From Chrysomallon squamiferum (lineage: Eukaryota > Animalia > Mollusca), in assembly GCA_012295275.1 (NCBI GenBank), contig CM022666.1, positions 5,952,001 to 6,016,000 of the forward strand: a DNA stretch of 64,000 nt, given 5' to 3'. Of the stretch, positions 41,461 to 55,584 are shown one piece after another. Positions within the stretch are counted from its first letter, which is position 1. Every line of letters begins with the position of its first letter. The notes below the pieces were generated by a model. It worked only from the letters and a program-made list of their open reading frames with translations, made no database searches and was not told the DNA's origin. A program made the position numbers and the translations under genes.

Positions 41461-44400
41461 TGTCTCCCTGTAAATAGAAACTACGTAATATGTAATGTAC
41501 TGGAATAATACTGTATTCTGGATGTTTAAATTATATTATTCTGCAACTTTTGTCTTATTTCCAGTAAAATATGGATTTTTAAAAAAATCATCTAAAAAAG
41601 AAGTATGACAATATATTTTTATGATTTAAAAATAAAAAATATATAAAATAAACGCACAGATAGCACTTACCATACCGTGATGGAGACCCAGTCTGTTGAA
41701 ACTTTGCTTCGTTAGTACAACCTCTGACACCTGTACACTGCCATACACAAGGAGACACACAACTACTGTGACAACCTGGATGAAAACTAAAACTGAAACA
41801 AAATATTAACTGCGAAAAAAGTTCATCAACAACCATCATACAATAACAATAGTTATAAATAACAACAACAATAACAATAATAGTAATAATAATAATAATA
41901 GTGATCTTACATTGACAACAATAGCAACAGCAAGCATTTCTTGAGATAAAGGTCCATGAGTATGAAAGAGTTGTCGTCCTTAGCATTCTCTGATATATAT
42001 ATATATATATATACGGAGACAGGTAAACGTAATACTGAACTGAATACACAATTTTTTTGCACCTAGTCGAATATTTTCAAACAAAGATTTAGGTTTTTCA
42101 CTTTTCTGTCTCAATATGTCATCGTCACCTTCATCATCATCTGTCAAGATAATTCATAGTTTGTATTATAGAAATACTGGGTGACTAATAGTGTATGTAA
42201 ATAAACAATAACAACAACTAATAACAACAACTATAAGACTACAACTACTACTACTACTACTAATAATAATTAATAATTATAATAATAATTATAATAAATA
42301 ATAATAAATAATAATAACAATAATAATAATAGCATTATTAGTTGTGGTAGTACTAGTAGTTGGTTTTGTTGCAATAATAGTGGTAGTATCTGTAATAATA
42401 ATAATTAGAAAATTAATAGTAGTAGTAGAAGTAATGGTAATAATAGTAGTGGCGCTAGTCATAATAACAACAGTAGTAGTAATAGTAATAGCAGTAGTAG
42501 TGTAGCAGTAGAAATAGTTGTAACAGTATTAGTACTAATTTTAGTAATAATGAGAATGATCAGATTACGTATTAAAATAACTGATATAAAAAGTAATTTA
42601 ACAATAAAACAAATAAAACCTAACTAATTTTATTTAAATGTTAACCTGTTCATATCAGTAGTACTTTGTAAATATTGTTGTTGTTATTATCATCATTATC
42701 ATCATCATCATTATTATTATTATTATTATTAAAAAAAATTAATTTACATATCTTTGACCTACTAATCATACATAATTAATGTGTTACAGCTTCTATAAAC
42801 ATTTAAATACCTTTAATTAATTATTAATAATAATATGCACTGAAGTGTCCATAAACAAATAATTAATTACCTGTTTCCTTATAATCCACATACTCAGGGT
42901 ACCCGTACAGGAGAAGCTTAGAGAACGAGATTGTCTTGGCCATCCGATGAGCAAACAACAAAATATCAACCACAACCATCAAACAGAATATCACACAGAA
43001 CCCTGTCATTGAATTTCCCTTCACTCCGCTTTGACGTTTTCGCTGTTTCGCAGCATGGATTATCTCCCCTTGATTTGACTTGAAGAGAGGTGAGAACAAG
43101 TGATTGTGAAAGACAATATTTAGTTTTCAAAAGTTTTGTTATGACACAACTAAATTCCTGATATAACAAATAGATTAGGGAAACAAATCTCTGTACACAT
43201 ACGAACATAATATTTCTGAGAATTAGATGTATTTGTGAATATAAAACAATTGATATCAAATGAAAATTTTTGTTTTATGTCTGTGTGCAAAAAATTGATG
43301 AAGGTGTGCCAATAGTGATCCCAACCCCCACCGATTCATTTCATGATATGACGTGAAGAAAATATAAGGCTTTAAATGTTGTTTTTGTCTTGTTTTTCTT
43401 CAAAAATTATTCTTAGCCTGACAAAACAGATCTGTTAAAGGATGAAAATAAAGTAAACAAAAAACAAAAAAATAGGAAAAGAAATTATTTGATGGAATAA
43501 ATTTATATATATATATATATATATTGAATTCATTTATATATATATGTATGTATGTATATATATATATATATGTATGTATGCATATATATACATATATATA
43601 TATACATACATACATACACATGCATAGATATAATTATAAAATAAATACATCAACATAAATATATCAACATTGTTTATAACAAAAAACTAAAAAAAATGAA
43701 TTAAATCGACGTAAATCTTTATTAGAAAAATACAAATATAATTATAAACTCATATTTGATTATTATTATTATATCTGGCCCAATAATAAATTATGTTACC
43801 TCAGAGATAAAAGTTCTTTATTGAAAGCTGATGCAAAACCCTAAAAAAAAGCGATAATAAATTATTTTATAAATAAAATAAACTGACAAAGCAAAATCTA
43901 TTGCGTTCCGGTTCATAACTAATTTAAATTTATTGCAGAGGCAACGAAAAACTTGTTGCCCGTTGAAAAGACGTGATAAATAACAACGGAGAATACATTA
44001 TTGATTAAAAAAACATCTTGTTATCAATTAAGCTTAAGTAACCCTTCTATGTAATGATTAAATTTAATTTAACCACAATGACTTATTCCTCAACTTAATA
44101 TTTATTGTTATAAAAATAAATAAATAATCTTAAGAATCACACATACACACACTCCCACATTCACACACACATCTTAAACATATAGTGTTATGATTGCATT
44201 CGTTGTATTGCAAATGGCGTTCTTAACCTAGTTATTGCGTTGTTAGGAAACCGACTAGCATTTCGTTTAAAAAAAAAGTAAAGGTATTAATTTATAGCAA
44301 TAATAATGCATTAATAAGAATAACAACAGTCTGTAATTAATATTGTGAAACTGAATTTATAAAAGTATTAACAGTCTATTGTAATGCTCTAATATTGCAT

Positions 44401-44518
44401 TGATAATAATAATAGCAGTCTATTGGTAATTCTGTAATATTGCATTAGCATTAATACGTTGTTATTTAAAATACTGGCAAGAATTCCATTAGAGTATCAA
44501 AAATGTTTTAAATAATAA

Positions 44519-44596
<78 letters not shown>

Positions 44597-44969
44597 AAAA
44601 GGATAATAAGTAAAATAATAGTAATAACAAAACTAATTTGCAGTAATTAAAAACAATAGTATCACAGACATTTTATTTTATTTTATAATTCCATTGAATA
44701 TATAAAATCAGATCCACTCACAAGCAACAGCAACAACAACAACAACAACAATAATAATAATAATAATAATCATAATAATATTAATAATAATAATCATCAT
44801 TATAATCATTATAATCATAATCATAATGAAAACTGTAAAGGAAGATAAAATTTTGCCTTATATAAACATTTCATGGTAAAGTTAGAATAAAAAAGTAGTT
44901 TTATGTAGTCGTGTCACAGCTCAAACAAATTATATATTAACAGTTATAATTCTGGTCTCTTGGACCAAT

Positions 44970-45873
44970 TCAGAGCAAATACAGCCCAAAGTAGGTGGTC
45001 TCAGGATCTCTCAAAATTCTGTTCACAAGTGATGTTCTCACCATCACAGTGTCATTGGCTTTCAGGTAATAAACAGCTCCAATGTAGGAAGGAACAAAAC
45101 CTTCCTTGTCTCCTCGTACTTTGCATGTTGTTTGAGAATTTGTGTAGAGAACTTCATAATTTGGATATTTTTCAATTGAGTGATACGGCCTATAGTATTC
45201 AAGCTGTTTCATTTGCTTGGCATGGAATACAACGTTGCTGTATATGAAGTAGTAAGCAGAGTGTTTGACTTGAATCCCGTCAGCGACAACAGCTGCAGCT
45301 CCTTTTACAAACGATCTTTTACCAGACGACGTCCATTTGATGAGAGGCTTCGGTGTGTCTGAAACGTTTGCAAGAATAAACGATTTTTAAATAACATTTC
45401 TATTTTAAATTGTCAATAGTTCTAGTTAGTATTACTAATATAGTTGTATAGCTACTACAAACTCCTGCTATTAACTACTTTACTAACACGACTGGTGTTT
45501 TTGCTATTAACACTGCTAATACTACTGTTATCACAATTTTTACAATTATTTCCTAACCACTATTAATAACTAGGTAATTACTTGTACAACTATTAACAGA
45601 CAGAACTTTTAAGTAACTACTACTATTTTGTCTACTATTTTGTCTTTCAACTGAGTATCACTACTCTTCTATTACTACTACTACTGCTGCTACTGCTACT
45701 ACTACTACTACTACTATTACTACTACTGCTGCTACCACTACTACTACTATTTGTATTCTTACCTTTGTCGTATTTTGCATTCACTTCCATTTGTAGATGA
45801 GCCGATGTCTTCGCATTGTTTTTATTATTCAGACGATCAGCAGCCTCTCTGATCTGCTGAAGATTTTGTTCTG

Positions 45874-45918
<45 letters not shown>

Positions 45919-46823
45919 TGTATATATGCACCTATATATAAACACACACACACACAGTCACACAGATAGACACACATACCTGTAAACACATCTAGACTCG
46001 TACACACGTATATACAAATACATAATTATAAACACTTTTGTGCATATTTAAATGTGTGGTTTGTGTTTGTCTGAGTGTCTTTTTGTGGGTTTGCTTGTCT
46101 GTGTTTGTGTATCTTAGTCTTTATGTGTGTGTATGTTTATGTTTCTGCTTGTATGTGTGTCTGTGTTTATGCGACTTTGTTTTTGCGTATGTCTGTGAAT
46201 GTGTATGTGTATGTGTAAACTTACCACATTTCTCAGCTTTTGTATGACTTTCACTCAGTTTCTAAAACGAATGTCAACAACCACTTTGAAATTCGTCCAT
46301 TATAATTTGTTTTATATTTAAAAATATTCATCAGCATTATTAATTTCTCATTTTCATAATTGAAATATTATTAAACATATATCGATCTTTTTTATTTTTG
46401 TTGTTTCACTTTTCTTCCTTTTTTTTGAATTTCATTTATAATCCACTTAAGTTTTTAATATTTTTATATAGAATTTACCTATTTCTTAATTTCATACCTT
46501 TCTTTTTTAATCTTCTATTTAATGTATTTATGGATCTTTTTAGAAGTTAAAACAGAATTTACCTTTTTCATAATTTCACTGATCACTTTTTCTCCATCCC
46601 TGTAACAGCAATACGTGATATTGTTCCTGGTTCTGGTCGTAGATTTGTCATCACAACAGTTTTCTCCTGGTTTGCACGAGATTTTCACACACAGTTCCTT
46701 GTCAAACATCAAGTTGGTTTCTCTGTTCAGAAATTCTTTTAAAGTTTCAGATACTATGAAACTGATGAGTAAGAAGTTCAGCACCATAAGAGAAATGGCA
46801 ATGACTGGAAGAAGTGACTTCAT
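44970..46823 (-). CDS. TNF superfamily ligand, TRAIL/TNFSF10-like, copy D (264 aa, intact)
   Basis: Exons 46823-46563, 46261-46225, 45870-45763 and 45358-44970 are GT-AG with the same sizes and no stops. It ends PSYIGAVYYLKANDTVMVRTSLVNRILRDPETTYFGLYLL*. Confidence 0.92.
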
Positions 46824-48173
46824 TTTCCTTTAGATGCAGTCTGTGTCAAACATAATAAAAATGTTATTAGTAATCAATAATACCAAGATAAAGGCACAAA
46901 CAAAATACACGGACATAATTAACATTATTTCAGAAAATAAAAGTTAAATAATAAATAAAATCAAGAAAAAGACTCACACACATACACACACGCACACACA
47001 CGCACATACATACACACACAAACGCGAGCACACAGATACCACCACAGAATATTCTTTCGAAAAATTAAAAGAAGACTAAATGAAAACAATGACTAACGCA
47101 GATGCCTTCTGTTGTGGTAATGCGCTGTACATTGCTTTTATACTGTACAAATAGACACTGATATGCGCAGTTCGCATTAAAATGGGTGTGTACAGACAAA
47201 AATGTCAATGCTTTGAGGAGTATCTACAAGGTCATTTATATGTAAAAACACATACATAGTATTAAATGATCGAGTAACTGTTTCACGTAGTGAGTGAGAT
47301 ATCACGTAGACATATCACGAGGAAATTTCCTAAGAGGACATTCACATTTGTAGGCGTGCATTTTCCACAGGCTTCTTCGCTTAGCAAAGAGCTGTTTATA
47401 AACACTGCTCGGGTAGAATTACTTTTAAAGATATCGAATGCACTGGTGATTTTTTTAAAATGTTTATTGAGCTATCTTTGTCACTGTCGCGTAGTTTTTA
47501 CAGTCAAGCAGTCAAGGATGACTTCACAACTTAATCATGATAGATGTTTGTGGATGTGCACGTATGTAAGTGTATCTATATCAGTAAGTGATATGAACAT
47601 GGCTACCGAACAGCAATATTTAGCATAAAGTATACAAATATATTATAAAGTCTATAAAGTATCACATAATCCTTTATAAAATAAAAAATAGATCATGTCA
47701 CTAACTGGTGTAGAAGTGAAAAGTGAGTAGAGAAATGGTTTCATTAATTTTATTTGATATTAAAAAAATAATAAGAAAAAAAGAAAAGAAAAGAAAGCAG
47801 GAAAATGAAAATTCAGAACAAGACATTTGTATTTCTTTCAACGTAAACTTCCAAGTAATAAAAATAAAGAACAGGTGACCAGAGCTATCACTGTAGTCTT
47901 TATTTAACAATAATGACAACAGCAAACAATTAAAAATCTGATGATTATGATGATGATGATGATGATAAATTTAATAGTAAGAGTACCAGCAATAGTAACA
48001 CTAATATAAATACTAGCAAGAATACTACGAATAATGATGATTATATAGTAATAATAGTAGCAGTAGTAATAACGATGAAGATCATAGTGATAATAAAGTT
48101 AATGATAGTAAAATTAATAATGATGATGATAGAAAATCCACTGTACAGATTTACTGAAAACAGACCATCAATA

Positions 48174-48266
<93 letters not shown>

Positions 48267-48931
48267 TCTTCAATACTGAGCATCAAAAAGGGATGCTAGG
48301 AAACAAGGCTGTTTTGATCTGAAGATTTAAAGAAAAAAGAAAGTTAATGTAATAAATGGTGTCCAAGTGTTCAATTGACAGGCCGGATTAAATTCCTCCC
48401 CGACCCCTGAACTACAGCGTGACTTCTGTTCCCGTTATCGACAAGACATGCTAACCTATATATAATAGTACTATCTAATGCATGGAATTCCAGTAAACAA
48501 TTAGTCAAGGTCTGTATACCAACAGCGAAGGAACTATTATCTGAATTAAATTTAGCTTTCAAGAGTTAAAGCACGCGAAATTGGATATTAAATTTGTGGC
48601 ATTGTTGTCTAGAATAGACATTGGCATGCGCAGTTTAGTCAATGACTTTATAAATTGGAAGTGTACAGATAAAAAATGTTAATATGTAAGCTTATTCAAC
48701 TTACTGGGTCAAATAAAATTAAGTTAGGTAAACGTGAATTGTCGAACATCAACAGACGTACACACTGTTATGTATATTTTGTTAATATTCGCACTTGACT
48801 GTTGCATGACCCAGTACAGAGCAGAATTCAGATGGAAAACAAAAAAACATTAAAAAAACCCAACCCAAACAAACAAACAAAAACAACAACAACGAACGAA
48901 CCAAAAACAATAACAAACAAGAAAACAATAC

Positions 48932-48979
<48 letters not shown>

Positions 48980-49710
48980 TCTGATCTATTTTAAGAATTT
49001 TGGCTTTGTTCATTTTGCCCTGATAGAAACTGACTATTAACCAGGTATTTTTTTATTTTGTATTTAATGACTGTTCAATACTCTAGTCCTAAATAAACGA
49101 TCGAAAATTTAATCCAGAACATCTACATTATCTAATTTCAAATGACCTCCAGGTATGCACTACAGTATATATCTACACAAGATCCACGTAGGCGCACAGT
49201 CATGAAAATGGATTATTCCCTGACAGAAAAATACTGTTTATTTGTATTCATTTATTTTTAAAACTGTGTAATTTTTCATCGTGTTTATATGGACTAGATT
49301 TAATAGTTGTCTCGTATTTCAAGCAGGTGGTGAAATGAGATATCGCTGAAACCACACGTTACGTGTTCTTTCACAGCCAGCGAGGTCATTGTAGCTTTGA
49401 CTCAGAGTGAACACGTGGGTCATGCATTTTGTTTCAGCTGAGTCACTTAGCAAACAGCTATTTATAAACACTGCTCGGGTAGAAACTACTGTTAAAGATA
49501 ACGAGTGTACTGTTGATTTTAAAAAGTTTTCCAGTCAGCTACCATTGTTATTGTCCGTTTTTGTTTTTAAATAGCAAATCAAACAGTCAAGGACTACTGC
49601 TTAACTATTAAAACGTAAACATGATAACCACATAAAACTTTTTTCATTTAGTGTATTTATGTTGTTTTTGTTTTTTGTTTTGTTGTTTTAGAATATAATA
49701 CAGAATTTAG

Positions 49711-49929
49711 CTTTTTCATAATTTCACTGATCACTTTTTCTCCATCACTGTAACAGCAATACATGACATAGTTCATGGTTCTGTTCGTAGATTTTGTCAT
49801 CACAACAGTTTTGTCCTGGTTTGCACCAGACTTTCACACACAATTCATGTTCAAACAACAAGTTGTTTTCTCTATTCAGAAATTCGTTTAAAGTTTCAGA
49901 TACAGTGAAACTGGCGAGTATGAAGCTTT
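49711..49929 (-). pseudogene. 5'-truncated TNF-ligand first coding exon relic
   Basis: SFILASFTVSETLNEFLNRENNLLFEHELCVKVWCKPGQNCCDDK is followed by a frameshift. The donor GT is mutated to CT and the start codon is absent. Confidence 0.85.
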
Positions 49930-50441
49930 GACATTTGCAAATGCTCCTCTTGACAGAACAGAAATTGGCAATAGAATATGCTGATTCCGTCTCTGATTTT
50001 GTTGGGCTGTGAAATGTTGTCATTGTTGGTCTTTTGGAAAATAAACTATACTATAATACCCTGTTTCATCATCGTTTGCTATCCTTGACTGCTTCAGTAA
50101 TATATATCAATAGATGCGGGCACAGTGAGGTTACCCGGTACAGTAGTAGTACTCAGTCAAAAGAGGTGATTTGGTAATAAATGTGGTAGTAGTAAAATAG
50201 AAGTAATAGTAGTAGTTACTTAAAACGTAGTTATTAGTTGCGGTTAAGAAATAATGAGAGAAATTGTGGTAACAACAGTACTGGCAGTGTTAGTAGTAAA
50301 AGTATCAGTGATGGTAGTAAAGTAGTTAATAATAGGACTTTGTAGTAGTTAGCGAACTATATTAGTAATATTGACTACAACTGTTGACAATTTAAAATAA
50401 AAATATTATTTATGAAAAAATTATTCTTATGAACTTTTCAG

Positions 50442-50719
50442 ACACACCGAAGCCTATCATCAAATGGACGTCGTCTGGTAAAAGATCGTTTGTGAAAGGA
50501 GGTGTGGCTGTTGTCGCTGACGGGATTCAAGTCAAAGAAGCTGCTTACTACTTCATATACAGCAACGTTTTATTCCATGCCAACCAAGTGAGAGCGCTAG
50601 AATACGCTAGGCTGTGTCAATCAATCAAAAAATATCCAAATTATGATGTCCTCTACAAAAATCCTCAAACAACATCCAAAGTACGAAGATACCAGGAAGG
50701 TTTTGTTACTTCTTACATT
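50442..50719 (+). pseudogene. Inverted, 3'-truncated TNF-domain exon (copy E)
   Basis: ttttcag|ACACACCGAAG reads TPKPIIKWTSSGKRSFVKGGVAVVADGIQVKEAAYYFIYSNVLFHANQVRALEYARLCQSIKKYPNYDVLYKNPQTTSKVRRYQEGFVTSYI and then breaks. The inverted intron precedes it (~50140-50441). Confidence 0.88.
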
Positions 50720-50756
50720 ACAATATTAAATAAATAAACTCACAGATAGCACTTAC

Positions 50757-50938
50757 CATTTCGTGATGGAGACCCAGTCTGTAATAATAATAGTAAACAA
50801 GGAGACACACAGCTTCCGTGAAAACAGCATTTGGGATAAACAGTGTTTTGACTACCTGCATGAAAACTAAAATTGAAACAAAATATTAACTGCGAAAAAA
50901 GTTCATCAACAACAATGGTACAATAACAATAATGGTAG

Positions 50939-50970
<32 letters not shown>

Positions 50971-51823
50971 CTACATTAACAACAATAGCAACAACAAGCA
51001 TTTCTTGAGATAAAGGAACTTGAGTATGAAAGAGTTGTCTTCCTTAGCATTCTCTCATGTATATATTTATATATGTACATATATATATATCAGAGAATGC
51101 TAAGGATATACACAGACAGGTAAACGTAATACTCACCTGAATACACAATTTCTTAACACCTAGTCGAATATTTTCAGTTTTCTCTCTCAATACATCATCG
51201 TCACCTTCATCATCAGCTGTCAAGATAATTCATAGTTTGTATTATAGAAATACTGAGTGACTAATAGTGTATGTAAATAAACAACAACAACAACAATAAT
51301 AACTATACTACTACTACTACTAGTATTACTACTACTACTACTACCACCACCACCACCACTGCCACAACTACTACTACTACAACTACTACTACTACTACTA
51401 ATAATAATAATTATAATAATAATTATAATAAATAATAATAATAATAACAATAATAATAATAATAGCATTATTATTATAGTAGCAGTAGTTCGTTTTGTTG
51501 CAATAACAGTGGTAGTATCTGTAATAATAATAATTATAAAATTAATAGTAGTAGTAGAAGTAATCGTAATCATAGTAATGGCCCTAGTCATAATAACAAC
51601 AACAGTAGTAGTAATAATAATTGTAACAGTAGAAATAGTAGTATTACTAGTTTTAGTAATAACAATGGGTATTTGCTGTAATAATGGGGATGATCAAAAT
51701 ACGTATTAAAATAGCTGATATAAAAAATAATTTAACAATATAACAAATAAAACCTAACCAATTTTATTTACATGTTAACCTATTATTAGTAGTAGTACTT
51801 TGTAAATATTGTTGTTGTTGTTG

Positions 51824-51869
<46 letters not shown>

Positions 51870-52255
51870 CATTATTATTATTATTATTAAAAACATTAAT
51901 TTACATATCTTTGACAATAAATGTATGACAATTTCAATCAAAAATTAAATATCTTTCATTAATTACTAATAATAATATGTACTGAAGTGTCCATAAACAA
52001 ATAACTAATTACCTGTTTCCTTATAATCCACATACTCAGGTACCCATACAGGAGAAGCTTAGCGAACGAGATTGACTTGGCCATCCGATGATATCAACCA
52101 AACCATCAACCACAACCATCAAACCGAATATCACACAGAACGCTGTCACTGAATTTCCCTTCACTTCGCTTTGAGGTTTTCGCTGTTTGGCAGCATGGAT
52201 TATCTCCCCTTGACTTGACTCGAAGAGCGGTAAGAACCAGTGATATTGAAAGACA
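50757..52255 (-). pseudogene. Second broken copy of the membrane-protein gene (three exons)
   Basis: Paralogous to 41671-43100: exon ~52250-52013 (1-bp deletion in ctcagg[g]tacc), exon 51216-51137 (intact GTGAGT donor) and exon ~50855-50757 (internally deleted). Confidence 0.75.
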
Positions 52256-53599
52256 ATATTTACTTTTACTAATATCCATGTGTATTTTTTATTTTTTTTT
52301 TAAAACTCAGATTTTTATTTTATTTTATTGCAATGAAAAGTCCTGTTATGACACAGCTAAATTCCAGTTATATCTTATAGATTATGGAAGCAAATCTCTA
52401 TATACATATGTAAATAATATCTCAGAGAATCTGATATCACTGTGAATATAAAACAATTCATATCAAATAAAATGTAAATTTAAACAAATATAAGAAAAAG
52501 GACAAACATTCTGTGATCTGTTAATTTTAACTTTAAAACTACTCTAACAGAAAATTAATTTGTGAACTTTTACTTTTCACAAATGAACTAAATATTTCTT
52601 TTGCGAAGTGAACAGTTAGTATTTCATAATATTGTTTTATTTTAAACCGAATGATAAATTACATGGTATGTAATGTATTGTAATAATCTTTAATATTATA
52701 TCCTTGGATATACACATTAAGGCATTCATTTATACTCTACACCATAGGACCTCATTTATAAAATGATACACAGAATACAAGCTATCTAAAATAATCTGGT
52801 TTTATTAATTATACACACTAATATATACCCAGTAAACTCTACACCATAGGATGATACACAGGATACATAATATTTACTATACTGAATCTGTAATATTATA
52901 TTCTTGGATATATAAATGATATCTGTGTATTTACTGGAATAAAATGTAATGCTAAATCATTGGATATACAAATTACATGGTATGTATTGTACTCTATTAT
53001 ATAATCTTTAGTTCTGTATCCCTGGATATATAAATTACATGGTATGTACTGCACTCTGTTAACCTTTAATCCCTGGATATATATGGCGTGTAGTTTATTA
53101 ATCTTTCATACCGTTTCCCTGGATATATAAATTCCATGGTATGTACTGTATTCTTTATTATATAATCTTTAATAGTTTCACCGTGGATATGTTAAATGCA
53201 TTGTGTGTACTGGAATCTATTAATCTTTAACACCATTTGCCTGGAATATAAATTACATGATATGTACTGTATACTCTGTTATATAATCTTTAATAGTTTC
53301 TCCCTTGATATATAAAATGCTTGGTGTGTACTGGAATCTATTAATCTTTAATACTGTTTCCCTGGAATATAAGTTACAAGATAAGAACTGTACTCAATTA
53401 ATCTTTAATAATGTATTCCTACCTGGATATATAAATTACATGGTATGTACTGTACTGGAATAATACTGTATCCTGGATGCTCAAAATACGTCATTCTGTA
53501 ACTTTTGTTTCATTTCCAGTTACATATGGATTAAAACAAGAAATCAACTAAAAAAGAAGTATTTAAAAATAAATAAATAAACTCCCAGATTACACTTAC

Positions 53600-53921
53600 C
53601 ATATCATAATGGAGACTCAGTCTGTTGAAACTTTGCTTGGTTAGCACAACCTCTGACACGTGTACACTTCCATAAACAAGGAGACACACAACTACAGTGA
53701 CAACAGCATTTGGGATAACAATTGTTTGGAATACCTGGATGAAAAATAAAATTGAAACAAAATATTAACTGCCAAAAAATGTCATCAACAATAATAATTA
53801 CAATAACAATAGTTATAAATAACAAAACAACACAGTCGCAGTAAAAATAATTATAATAATGATGTTACATTAACAACAGAAAGCACTGTTTGAGATAAAG
53901 GTCCTTGAGTATGAGTCCTTA

Positions 53922-53962
<41 letters not shown>

Positions 53963-54545
53963 ACAAGCTCACACTAATACTCATGTATTAACAGACACGG
54001 ACATATAAACATGGATACACATATCAGACAGAAACATATATATACTCTTAAACACATACATATATACATACATACATAAATAATAATAATAATAAGTATA
54101 ATAATAATAATAATAATAATAGTAATAATAGTAATAATAGTAATTAGCAAAAGGAGACACACAACTACAGTGACAACAGCATTTGAGATAAACAGTGTTT
54201 AGACTACCTGGATGAAAAATAAAACTGGAACAAAATATTAACTGCCAAAAAATGTCATCAACAATAATAATTACAATAACAATAATTATAACAACAACAA
54301 TAGCGGTAAAATCTTTAAAAATATCAATAATAATGATGACAAAGATATCACAATAACAACAAGGATCATTATTTGAGAAAATGGTCTTTAAGTACGAAAG
54401 AATTATCTTCCTTAATATTTTCTGTCTAGACTTCTGCACTTATATCCACTAGTATACATATATAAACACATACACTTTTAGGTTTTTCAGTTTTCTCTCT
54501 AAATACGTTATCGTTACCTTCATCATCAGCTGTCAAGAAGATTCA
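53600..54545 (-). pseudogene. Third set of membrane-protein gene exon relics
   Basis: Exon 53734-53600 is intact (VFQTIVIPNAVVTVVVCLLVYGSVHVSEVVLTKQSFNRLSLHYDM). A partial duplicate at ~54150-54207 has a stop, and there is a relic of the acidic exon at ~54480-54530. Confidence 0.7.
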
Positions 54546-54592
54546 GAGTTTGTACTATAGAAATACTGAGTGTGTGATAATGTATGCAAATA

Positions 54593-54710
<118 letters not shown>

Positions 54711-54890
54711 GTTTTCTTTTCAAACATACAAAAGTCGAGAATACCTGAAAACTATTTAACACAAACAGAACACAAAGGTTAGTTTTCAACAGGAAAACTT
54801 GAATAGTATTTAAGAGAGATACCATTAATTGTAACAGAATTGATTATAATTATAAATACTCTACAGCTGATTTAGTGCACTATAACTGAA

Positions 54891-54925
<35 letters not shown>

Positions 54926-55098
54926 GTAAAAGGCGAAGAAAGGTATTCATTGTTCGATGTGTGTCCGTGTGTGTGTGTGAGATAGAGAGCCAAGAGTACG
55001 AGAAAGATACGAAAAGTTTTCAATGTGGAAAACAAACACAGCAAATATAAAGTTTTTAATTTTTTATTCAACATTATTATTAATATTACAGCTATTAA

Positions 55099-55172
<74 letters not shown>

Positions 55173-55225
55173 TTTATTGATTTATTTATTTATTTATTTA
55201 TACGAATTGTTATTGTTTATCTCAG

Positions 55226-55307
55226 AGGTTTTTTGCGTAACTATTGGAATAGTTTCAGGAACAGTTGTGTTAGTTATAGGCATTGGTATCTACTGCTGGT
55301 GGAATGT
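55226..55307 (+). other. Candidate orphan transmembrane-helix exon
   Basis: tatctcag|AG GTT TTT TGC...TGG TGG AAT GT|GTAAGT reads VFCVTIGIVSGTVVLVIGIGIYCWWN. Confidence 0.4.
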
Positions 55308-55498
55308 GTAAGTGTTGTTTAACCACAAGTTATTATATGTACATAAAGAGAATGAGCTGTGACCGGGCAGTGGTATCATATACTACTGTTTTCTTCACGA
55401 TGAATGCTCTGATAATTTATGTGTAAATTATATCGTTACTCTTAATAATAAATTGTACTTTCCTTATAAAACTGCAGACAATGTACGTAATAGAGACA

Positions 55499-55584
<86 letters not shown>

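Larger units (their letters stand above)
39812..43099 (-). pseudogene. Disrupted multi-pass membrane protein gene fragment (possibly DC-STAMP/OC-STAMP-like)
   Basis: Phase-compatible exons: ~43099-42871 (FCVIFCLMVVVDILLFAHRMAKT..LLLYGYPEYVD); 42140-42040 (donor GT mutated relative to the 51137 paralogue); 41775-41671 (VVTVVVCLLVYGSV); 40819-40503; and 40005-39812 (IVVFLSSVVLKELFGSVLWIYIRR, frameshifted by a 38-bp duplication). The family assignment is inferred from topology only. Confidence 0.65.

Noticed and set aside
41588-42049. Cys-rich metallothionein/toxin-like reading (CCCHCSCVSPCLWKC; also 53604, 53981)
   Set aside because: It is an alternative frame of a transmembrane exon. The phase-0 frame links correctly to both neighbouring exons, and the Cys frame hits a stop in the 53600 copy.
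51220-51709. Poly-Ser/Ile/Leu hydrophobic ORFs
   Set aside because: These are intronic (TAA)n/(TAC)n/(TAG)n trinucleotide repeats.
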